DNA of 32,000 bases from Microcystis aeruginosa NIES-2549 (lineage in GTDB: Bacteria; Cyanobacteriota; Cyanobacteriia; Cyanobacteriales; Microcystaceae): contig NZ_CP011304.1 in the NCBI RefSeq assembly GCF_000981785.2, forward strand, positions 540,001 to 572,000, written 5' to 3'. Numbering within the stretch: the first letter of the stretch is position 1; each line of letters starts with the position of its first letter. A program made the position numbers and the translations under genes. Shown here piece after piece: positions 8,729 through 15,910 of this stretch. Under the pieces are notes generated by a model that saw only the letters and a list, made by a program, of their open reading frames with translations, was not told the origin of the DNA and searched no databases.

Positions 8729-9970
8729 TTAATTCTGCTCTTGCCAAGGGGCAAATAAAGGCAATAAAGCTAACCCAGGTAAAGCGGCAATTACCGTGAT
8801 TAAAAAGAACCACTGCCAACCGATCACCTCGGCTACAACTCCGGCGGGAGCCACCAAAATATCGCGACTAAAGGCCATTAAACTTGATAAAAGGGCGTAC
8901 TGAGTAGCGGTAAAACGAGCATTACAAAGACTCATTAAAAAAGCCACAAAAGCGGCAGTTCCTAAGCCACCGCAGAAGTTTTCAATATTAATAGCTAAGA
9001 CCATAAAAGGATAATTTTGCCCTAAATTTGCTAAAATAAAATAGGCTAAATTACTAAGAGCTTGCAAGACCCCAAAAATCCAGAGCGATCGATTAATTCC
9101 CCAACGACTTAACAGGGAACCACCTAATAAAACTCCCACCATAGTTGCTATCATGCCCATGCCGCCTTGGATCGCTCCGATATCGGTTTGACTGAAACCA
9201 GTTTTTAAGAGAAAAGGAGTCACCATATTATTAACTAAAGCATCCCCTAAACGATAGAGAACAATAAAGGCGAGAATGCCGATTCCTTGACCTATTTGAT
9301 AGCGTTGAAAAAACTCCCAGAAAGGCAACCAAACCGCCTCTAAAAGAGTTTGGGGATGATCATCTCTAGGGGTAGTAGCTGGGGCGAAAAAAGACCAAAT
9401 AATCGTTAAAGCCATCAATCCAGCCAGGAAAAGATAGACTAGAGGCCAGGGAAAGTGATCGGCTAAAATTAAAGCGATCGAACCAGTTAAAATTAAAGCC
9501 AAACGATAACCTAAAACCCCGATCGCCACCCCAGCACCCATCTCCCATTTTTCTAAAATATCTGTGCGATAGGCATCGTAGGCAATATCTTGGCTGGCAC
9601 TAAAAAAAGCGATCAGTAAAGCATTAATTGCCAATAATTCTAAAGATCGTTGCGGTTGTTGAAAAGCCATGCAACCAATCGCTAAAGTTAAACAAATTTG
9701 AGCGATGAAAATCCAACCGCGACGACGACCAAGCAGCGGGGGAAGATAGCGATCGAGTAAGGGAGACCAAAGAAATTTGAGAGAGTAGGGGAGGGTGACT
9801 AAACTAAATAAACCGATCGATTTCAGATCAACTCCTTCGGTGGTCATCCAAGCTTGCAGGGTGCGACTGGTGAGCAATAAGGGCAATCCGGAAGCGAAAC
9901 CTAAGAATAACAAAGCCGCCATTTTTTGACTGCGGAACACTTGCAAATAAGCGGAAATTTCTTTGATCAT
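8729..9970 (-). CDS. ampG: AmpG-family muropeptide MFS permease
   Basis: Multi-pass membrane protein with LFLGFASGLPLLLTSRTLQAWMTTEGVDLKSIGLFSLVTLPYSLKFLWSPLLDRY. The ORF track extends to 10066, but Met33 (ATG at 9970) gives a 413-aa AmpG-sized product. Confidence 0.75.
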   Translation of the reverse strand: MIKEISAYLQVFRSQKMAALLFLGFASGLPLLLTSRTLQAWMTTEGVDLKSIGLFSLVTLPYSLKFLWSPLLDRYLPPLLGRRRGWIFIAQICLTLAIGCMAFQQPQRSLELLAINALLIAFFSASQDIAYDAYRTDILEKWEMGAGVAIGVLGYRLALILTGSIALILADHFPWPLVYLFLAGLMALTIIWSFFAPATTPRDDHPQTLLEAVWLPFWEFFQRYQIGQGIGILAFIVLYRLGDALVNNMVTPFLLKTGFSQTDIGAIQGGMGMIATMVGVLLGGSLLSRWGINRSLWIFGVLQALSNLAYFILANLGQNYPFMVLAINIENFCGGLGTAAFVAFLMSLCNARFTATQYALLSSLMAFSRDILVAPAGVVAEVIGWQWFFLITVIAALPGLALLPLFAPWQEQN

Positions 9971-10277
9971 AGAGGGGATAGGAGGATAGATTAGATTAAA
10001 GAATATAGTTAATTGACCCAAAAAGAAAGAGATTAGTTCTGACCGGCATCGCCCCATATTAGCCATTGCCTGGAGATCAAAAAAAATTCCCGAAAAAATT
10101 GCGGTCTTTCCCCCAGCGGGGGCTAGAGGCAGTAGAATAGATGAGATTTTGATTCAGTAGTCTTGAAAAATTGCGGTATTCTCCTTAAGATATATGCTTG
10201 ATTCCCCCAACTAAATCCCACCCCTATTTACCTTTCCGGGATAAGGACTGCCATCCCCATCTTCCCTGCCGACTCCT

Positions 10278-10898
10278 GTGATTAAAGTGGACTCCTGTTT
10301 TATCTCATACCTATTGTCTCATCCCTCCGACTCGGAAGCGACCGGTGACAGTGCCGCCATTACCGTCGAGGTGCGTTTGGCCCAAAGCCAAGATATCAAA
10401 AGCTTGGCGGAGATTCTCACCGATAGTTTTTTTCCCACGGCCAATTATTGGTCTTTTCTGCGTTCTATCTTTAAATTAGGCATTTACGAGGACTTACGGG
10501 GACGATTGCGCGGTGATACCCCTTACTATCACTGTCTGGTAGTCAGTCAAACCAGTGTCACCGCCACGGGTTCTCAGGAAGTTATTGTCGCTACGGCGGA
10601 AATCAGCTTAAAATCCAGTTCTTTTTTAGCTGTTCCCATTCCTTATATTTCTAATTTAGCCGTTAGTCCCGATCGCCGGCGTGCCGGTCTGGCCCGGAGA
10701 TTGCTGCTCAAGTGTGAACAGATCGCTAGAGAATGGGGTTTTGAGGAACTTTCCCTCCATGTTCTCGATAATAATCTAGCAGCCCGGTCACTGTACTTAA
10801 GTAGCGGTTATCGTCTCCAAAAAACCGACGGTTGGTTGGTCAATTGGTTATTTAATCGACCACAAAAGTTATTTCTGCACAAAAAAATCAGCCAATGA
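10278..10898 (+). CDS. GNAT-family N-acetyltransferase
   Basis: 206 aa. Acetyl-CoA binding-type block ISNLAVSPDRRRAGLARRLL, followed by LHVLDNNLAARSLYLSSGY. It has a non-ATG start, so the start is uncertain. Confidence 0.7.
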   Translation: MIKVDSCFISYLLSHPSDSEATGDSAAITVEVRLAQSQDIKSLAEILTDSFFPTANYWSFLRSIFKLGIYEDLRGRLRGDTPYYHCLVVSQTSVTATGSQEVIVATAEISLKSSSFLAVPIPYISNLAVSPDRRRAGLARRLLLKCEQIAREWGFEELSLHVLDNNLAARSLYLSSGYRLQKTDGWLVNWLFNRPQKLFLHKKISQ

Positions 10899-10920
10899 GG
10901 AGATAGGAGGCAGGTTTTAG

Positions 10921-11015
10921 GGGTTGGGGTGTTGGGGTTTTAGTTCAATTTCCCCACTCCGCCACTCCCCCGCTTCCCCGCTTCCCCACTTCCCCACTCC
11001 CCCACTTCCCCACCA
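10921..11015. repeat. G-run block followed by a C-rich degenerate short tandem repeat (CCCCACT/CCCCGCT type, STRR-like)
   Basis: GGGGTTGGGGTGTTGGGG at 10921-10938. Then ccccactccgccactcccccgcttccccgcttccccacttccccactcccccacttccccacc at 10953-11015. The ORF-track entry 10924-11175 is just this repeat translated. Confidence 0.8.
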
Positions 11016-11194
11016 GCAAAGCCTAGATATTTCTCCAAAATTGCGATGCAGAACGATTATAAGGAAAAATTCTGCTATATTATCTGCTAACTCTCTAAAA
11101 AACCCGATTAGTTTAATGATCTTTTCCGGTTATCTGGGAAAAAAAATAGTTCATCTCTTTAAAATATGGTTTTAGGGAGATACTTAGTGACTGT

Positions 11195-12619
11195 GTGAGG
11201 CAATTTGTGGTTAATAAGACAAAATCAAGGCTTAAAAGCGGAAAATCAAGCAAATTAGCGGCTAAACCAGTGAAAAAGCGGCGATTGTCGCGTAAATGGT
11301 TCCTGACAGTCCTAGGCTTAACCAGCTGCGCCCTAGTTTCCGCAACGGTGGGGGCTATGTTGGCCGTGTCTCTCTCCTCCACACCTTTGCGACAAGCGGC
11401 TCTTAGTCCCGAAGAAGCCGCCGCTTTTAACAATCAGCAGGCCATATCCTATGAAAATCTGCAACTTCCCGCCCTCAACCGTCCCGTTAATATTCTGGTA
11501 GTCGGCGCGAAAGTGTTGACATCCGATGTCAAGGAGGCACAAACCCCAGATCTGGGTTATCATGCCCCGGTTAATTCCTTGGAGGGTTTAACCGATACCA
11601 TGCTGTTACTGCGTTTTGACCCCCAAAGACAGAAGTTAACCATGCTTTCCATCCCCCGGGATACCCGCACCGATATCGAGGGTTACGGGGAGAAAAAAAT
11701 CAATGAAGCTAACGCTATCGGGGGACCTGCTTTAACGGCGGAAACGGTTAGTCATCTTTTAGACGGAGTCGCTATCGATCGCTATATTCGCATTAATGTG
11801 CAGGGTGTGGAAAAATTAATTGATGCTTTGGGGGGGGTGACGGTATATGTTCCCAAAGACATGAAGTACCAAGATTTTAGTCAACACCTCTACATTGACC
11901 TGAAAAAAGGGGAACAACACCTTAACGGCGAGAAATTCCTCCAGTTTGCCCGTTTTCGTTACGATGCTAACGGCGATATCGGTCGTATCCAACGACAACA
12001 GCAATTAATGCGGTCTTTAGTAGAACAAACCCTAAAACCAGCAACTTTACTGAAAATTCCCGATATTATCGAGGTTATCCGCACTCATATCGATACTAAT
12101 CTCAGTTTAGAGGAGTTACTCGCCCTAGCCGGTTTTGCCTCTAAAACTCAGCGCACTGATGTGCAAATGCTACTGCTACCCGGAGACTTTAATGGTGATG
12201 GTCGGCAAGGGATCAGTTATTGGCTACCCAATCAAAGTAAAATTCAAGAGCTAGTGGCTCAACATTTTAACCACGGCTTTTTTATGGCTGACATCGAGGA
12301 AACCACGCAACCGACTCGCATAGCTGTGGAAGATAGCATCGATAATCCAGAAGCGGTGCAAACTCTAATTAGATATCTGCGCTCATTGGGTTATGAAAAT
12401 GTTTTTGTCTCTAAGTCTTCATCGCCAATTCTAGAAACTACCAAAATTATTGCTCAAAAAGGGGATAATTCCCTCGCTGCTTCCCTGCATAATAGCCTTG
12501 GTGTCGGGGAAGTTTTGGTGGAAAGTACAGGGAATCTCGCTTCTGATGTGACGATTAAAATCGGTCAAGATTGGCAAGAAAAATCAGCTAATCTTTCTGA
12601 GCTATCCCCTGGCAACTAA
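11195..12619 (+). CDS. LytR-CpsA-Psr (LCP) family cell-envelope phosphotransferase
   Basis: 474 aa. N-terminal TM segment. LCP core: NILVVGAK...TDTMLLLRFDPQRQKLTMLSIPRDT...INEANAIGGPALTAETVSHLLDGVAIDRYIRINVQGVEKLIDALGGVTVYV. C-terminal LytR_C-like tail. Confidence 0.8.
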   Translation: MRQFVVNKTKSRLKSGKSSKLAAKPVKKRRLSRKWFLTVLGLTSCALVSATVGAMLAVSLSSTPLRQAALSPEEAAAFNNQQAISYENLQLPALNRPVNILVVGAKVLTSDVKEAQTPDLGYHAPVNSLEGLTDTMLLLRFDPQRQKLTMLSIPRDTRTDIEGYGEKKINEANAIGGPALTAETVSHLLDGVAIDRYIRINVQGVEKLIDALGGVTVYVPKDMKYQDFSQHLYIDLKKGEQHLNGEKFLQFARFRYDANGDIGRIQRQQQLMRSLVEQTLKPATLLKIPDIIEVIRTHIDTNLSLEELLALAGFASKTQRTDVQMLLLPGDFNGDGRQGISYWLPNQSKIQELVAQHFNHGFFMADIEETTQPTRIAVEDSIDNPEAVQTLIRYLRSLGYENVFVSKSSSPILETTKIIAQKGDNSLAASLHNSLGVGEVLVESTGNLASDVTIKIGQDWQEKSANLSELSPGN

Positions 12620-12727
12620 GAGAAAAATCAAGTTTATCTGAGTTAGGAGTTACCCATTGACAAAAAACTCATCCATTATCAGTTATCATTGATTAGTGAT
12701 TGGTCACTGTTTACTGTTTACTCTCCC

Positions 12728-13705
12728 ATGACTCCTTTTGTCGAGAAACTAAAAACTCCTTTAACTAAGCACAAAATCTCGGTTCTGCAAATTAATTTGG
12801 GGAAAAAATGTAACCTTGCTTGTAGCCATTGTCATGTGGAAGCTAGTCCAGTTCGCTCCGAAGAAATGACTCCAGAAGTGTGCGAACAAATTATCGAACT
12901 GATCGCAAGATTCCCCCAAATTAAAACCGTCGATCTGACTGGCGGCGCCCCAGAAATGCTCTACGGTTTTAAGCCGATTGTGGAAATCTCTAGAAAAGCT
13001 GGGAAAGAGGTAATCGTGCGCTCGAATTTAACTATTTATTTCGAGAAAGGATTTACTGATATTCCTCAATATTGCGCTGGCCATCAGGTACGGGTGGTGG
13101 CTTCTTTACCCTGTTATCTTGCCGATAATGTGGATAAAATGCGCGGTCTGGGAGTCTATGATCGATCGATTGCTGCTTTACAATGGTTGAACCGTCTCGG
13201 CTACGCTCAAGAGCCGAATTTGATTGTAGATTTAGTCTATAATCCCCAGATTCCTAAGTCAGAGAATTTTTCTCTCACACCGGATCAGGTATCCCTAACA
13301 CGGGATTACAAAAAGTTCTTGCAAGAACATTTTAATATTTCTTTTAACAATCTGTTGACTATCATTAACCTACCTATTGGAAGGACGCGCTTCCATCTGG
13401 AACACCGGCAACTCTATCAACCCTATCTTCAATTCCTCGAAGACCATTTTAATGGCGATACTGTCGAACATTTGATGTGTCGTAATCAGCTTTCCATTGA
13501 TTATTTGGGTAATATCTATGACTGCGATTTTAATCAGATGGAAGATCTGGTCGCTTGCACTGGTCAAGACCAAAAATTAACCCTGTCGGATTTATTACAA
13601 GCGGATAGTTTAGATCTAATTGCAGAGGTACAAACCGCTTCCTATTGCTACGGTTGCACTGCCGGCAGCGGGTCCAGTTGTGGGGGAGCTTTGATTTCAG
13701 TCTGA
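12728..13705 (+). CDS. arsS: Radical SAM/Cys-rich-domain protein (ArsS-like, arsenosugar biosynthesis family)
   Basis: CNLACSHCH radical-SAM cluster motif near the N-terminus. C-terminal Cys-rich tail ASYCYGCTAGSGSSCGGAL. The start is placed at ATG 12728 (MTPFVEKLK); the ORF track begins at 12689. Confidence 0.65.
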   Translation: MTPFVEKLKTPLTKHKISVLQINLGKKCNLACSHCHVEASPVRSEEMTPEVCEQIIELIARFPQIKTVDLTGGAPEMLYGFKPIVEISRKAGKEVIVRSNLTIYFEKGFTDIPQYCAGHQVRVVASLPCYLADNVDKMRGLGVYDRSIAALQWLNRLGYAQEPNLIVDLVYNPQIPKSENFSLTPDQVSLTRDYKKFLQEHFNISFNNLLTIINLPIGRTRFHLEHRQLYQPYLQFLEDHFNGDTVEHLMCRNQLSIDYLGNIYDCDFNQMEDLVACTGQDQKLTLSDLLQADSLDLIAEVQTASYCYGCTAGSGSSCGGALISV

Positions 13706-13832
13706 ACAAGTGTACTGGATTGACAGCGCATCTCGACAAATTTAGTACAAATGCTCGGACTAGCTTTCCCTGCTGCCAACTCCGGCGCTGTCTTAACGAG
13801 TAATCTTAGATAGTCAAAAGTTTGGCTAATAA

Positions 13833-14105
13833 TTAGGGACCAGAAAAAACCGCCGATTCGATATCTTGGCGACTAAGGGAGTATTTAAAAGCGCGATTGA
13901 TATCACTGCCGTCATTTGCTGCCCGAAAGTAACGAACGGTGATTTCTTCGATGTCGAGGCAGATTTCCGCTTTCCATGTCGGTTTTTCCACAGTCCAACA
14001 GTGGATATTCTCGCTATTTTTCCGACAACCTAATTTAACTAGCCATGCTTCGATCGCCGGTAAGGGATGATTATAGAGGGGAGTATCAGCAGTGGGAATC
14101 TTCAT
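13833..14105 (-). CDS. DUF3143-family protein (conserved in cyanobacteria and plastid lineages)
   Basis: 90 aa. ADTPLYNHPLPAIEAWLVKLGC...HCWTVEKPTWKAEICLDIEEITVRY...FKYSLSRQDIESAVFSGP matches my recollection of DUF3143 proteins. Confidence 0.7.
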   Translation of the reverse strand: MKIPTADTPLYNHPLPAIEAWLVKLGCRKNSENIHCWTVEKPTWKAEICLDIEEITVRYFRAANDGSDINRAFKYSLSRQDIESAVFSGP

Positions 14106-14110
14106 CGCAT

Positions 14111-14605
14111 CTAAATCAAAAATAATTGGGCTACAGTGACGGCATTCTCTCCTCGAAGCATAGCAATAATCACCGCTAGTAACAAGCAGCCCAGCAGGGT
14201 GAGTGCCAAGATAAACAAAGCAAAAATTTCTCCCGAAGATAGGGGACGATCGGTAGGATCGAGATAGGCGCTACGATTAGCTATGGGTTGATCGCCATCG
14301 GGGATGGTTTGGATGACATTCCAGCGCGAGTAACCTATCTGTAAATCATACAGGGAACGGCGATCGGGATTACTCAGGGTGGCATAAGCTTCGTTAAGAC
14401 GCTGGAATTTAACCGTTGCCACTTCGGGGCTGAGTTCGGTAGTATCGGGGTGGTATCGTTTGCTGAGTTCCCGATAGGCGCGTCGCACTTCGATCACCGA
14501 GGCACTCGGATGTAGTCCTAGAATGGCATAATAAGTATTGGCAAAGCGCGAGTTAGCGGCAATGACTCGCGAGGTAGTTTGGGAATTATCGCGCTCGAAG
14601 GTCAC
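14111..14605 (-). CDS. J-domain (DnaJ-like) protein with C-terminal transmembrane anchor
   Basis: 164 aa. YYAILGLHPSASVIEVRRAYRELSKRYHPDTT contains the HPD motif. Hydrophobic C-terminus: IFALFILALTLLGCLLLAVIIAML. GTG start. Confidence 0.8.
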   Translation of the reverse strand: MTFERDNSQTTSRVIAANSRFANTYYAILGLHPSASVIEVRRAYRELSKRYHPDTTELSPEVATVKFQRLNEAYATLSNPDRRSLYDLQIGYSRWNVIQTIPDGDQPIANRSAYLDPTDRPLSSGEIFALFILALTLLGCLLLAVIIAMLRGENAVTVAQLFLI

Positions 14606-14617
14606 AAGATTTTTTAC

Positions 14618-15040
14618 CGAAAAATTGGGTTTAAAGCCTCGCCCTTTTAGGGCGACTTTATCTGATGTATGATATTAAGAATAGCGGGCCGGGTAAGCAA
14701 CCGCTTAAAAAACCCAGTCATCGCAGGATGAACGCACCGTTCGGCAAAAGCTCACGGCCGAAGCCTTGAAAACTAGAGTTATGGGGTTCTATGGGGGAAT
14801 GCTCCTATAGGTAAAAGCTCTAAGCGTCAAGTACCAGAGAAACCAAGTATTTTAGAGGTTTTGAACTGTATCGTAGGGCATAGGAAAACAGGCTTCTGTA
14901 AGGGAGCGAAAGTCTGAGGAGAGAACCACCTCTGGGTGGGATTTCGCCAGGAATCTGGTTCAAGTGGACTCGTTGAGCCAGAAATTCTCAGCAGTGATGC
15001 TAGAAGAATCCACGTCCGTTTACGGCGTGGGGTATGTCAA
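14618..15040 (+). mobile_element. ORF-less IS200/IS605-type mini-element (PATE-like) with candidate TnpB-type omega-RNA scaffold
   Basis: No ORF of 60 aa or more lies inside. Left hairpin at 14639-14655 (tcgccc-TTTTA-gggcga), with TTAC at 14614-17 about 21 nt 5' of its foot. Right hairpin at 15010-15030 (CCACG-T-CCG TTTA CGGCGTGG, with a bulged T), followed by ggtatgTCAA ending at 15040, exactly 10 nt after the foot. The last about 80 nt are homologous to 22300-22386. Confidence 0.45.
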
Positions 15041-15076
15041 ACTAAAAATTGTTTTAATATTTTAACCCTGTTGATC

Positions 15077-15640
15077 ATGAAATCTCGTTATCGGCTGCGT
15101 CTTCAGATCTGTCTTGTCTTTCTTATTGTTGCTCTGACGAGTTTGTCTCCTTGGCTAACCCCTAGTGCCTATGCGGGAATCGATGACGATCGCCTTGATG
15201 GTAATATTTTTGTGGTCTATGCGGGTAATGGTTCCCTCGTACCACCGCGTTTAAATTTAGCGGAAACTTTTCAACGGAAAATTCCAGCTATAATCGTCTA
15301 TTATCTGGATGATAGTAGTGATTGTAAGCGATTTGCGGCGATTGTCTCCCGTTTTCAAGAGTTTTACGGTCGCGCCGCCAGTATTATCCCCGTTACTGTC
15401 GATTCTATCCCCTTAAAGTCTTCCTATCGTCCCGATGAACCGGGTTACTATTATCGCGGTGGGGTTCCCCAAACGGTGGTTTTAGACCAACAAGGTAAAG
15501 TGGTTTATGATGGTTTGGGCAATGTTAAATATGAAGATGTGGATGATGTCTTAAGAAAGGTTTTTGATCTTTTGCCTCGATCGGAATCGGTAGAGTTAAA
15601 AAGACGCTCTTTTAACGAGTTTAACGCTGAATTGCGCTAG
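15077..15640 (+). CDS. Conserved cyanobacterial thioredoxin-like-fold protein with signal/TM segment (resembles proteins annotated as thylakoid membrane photosystem I accumulation factor)
   Basis: Start placed at ATG 15077 (MKSRYRLRLQICLVFLIVALTSLSPWLTPSAYA). The 47-codon extension in the ORF track runs through the structured repeat element. The DGNIFVVYAGNGSLVPP and YYLDDSSDCKRFA blocks are recalled from that family. Confidence 0.55.
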   Translation: MKSRYRLRLQICLVFLIVALTSLSPWLTPSAYAGIDDDRLDGNIFVVYAGNGSLVPPRLNLAETFQRKIPAIIVYYLDDSSDCKRFAAIVSRFQEFYGRAASIIPVTVDSIPLKSSYRPDEPGYYYRGGVPQTVVLDQQGKVVYDGLGNVKYEDVDDVLRKVFDLLPRSESVELKRRSFNEFNAELR

Positions 15641-15682
15641 TTACCCCTTTTTTATCCTCAATTGAACCAAAAATAATCATTT

Positions 15683-15717
15683 AGAGATGCTGTCAGCAGC
15701 GTCTCTATCTTGTTTTT
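15683..15717 (+). terminator. Rho-independent terminator
   Basis: 10-bp stem agagatgctg / cagcgtctct (one G-T pair) with loop tcag, followed by atcttgttttt. It starts 43 nt after the stop at 15640. Confidence 0.65.
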
Positions 15718-15872
15718 AGGAACAATAAAATTATTTACTTATTGCTTTTATTATCATTTAAGATTTATTTGAACCGATAAATGCTAGGCAATTCAGATTT
15801 TATCTGGAGTAACACTTGAAAAATATTGGCAATAGTGCCAGACTGGAAAAAGTTTGCTAACCTAATTATACT

Positions 15873-15891
15873 GAGAATAATAATCATTCTT
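15873..15891. promoter_or_regulatory. Fur-box-like site upstream of the porin gene
   Basis: gagaataataatcattctt matches 15/19 of the classical Fur box GATAATGATAATCATTATC. It ends 20 nt upstream of the ATG at 15911. Confidence 0.4.
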
Positions 15892-15910
15892 GTAGGTGTA
15901 GGAGACAGCA

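Noticed and set aside
9971-10066. 32-codon N-terminal extension of ampG
   Set aside because: The extension (MANMGRCRSELISFF…) has no AmpG similarity. Met33 gives the conserved N-terminus and a typical length. The longer form cannot be excluded.
10924-11175. 83-aa ORF (…SPLRHSPASPLPHFPTPPLPH…)
   Set aside because: It is simply the translation of the C-rich short tandem repeat. It is not a credible protein.
14606-15076. Possibility that the structured intergenic RNA is RNase P RNA, tmRNA, SRP RNA or a group II intron fragment
   Set aside because: No GAGGAAAGUCCGGGC or ACAGAANCCGGCUUA RNase P blocks. No tRNA-like tmRNA ends (GGGG…CCACCA). No SRP GGAA tetraloop context. No GUGCG 5' end or domain V consensus. 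The ends instead fit IS200/IS605 geometry.
14936-15076. 47-codon N-terminal extension of the 15077-15640 gene given in the ORF track
   Set aside because: The extension starts at a GTG inside the hairpin-rich element and reads through its right end. The Met at 15077 is immediately followed by a typical signal/TM segment.
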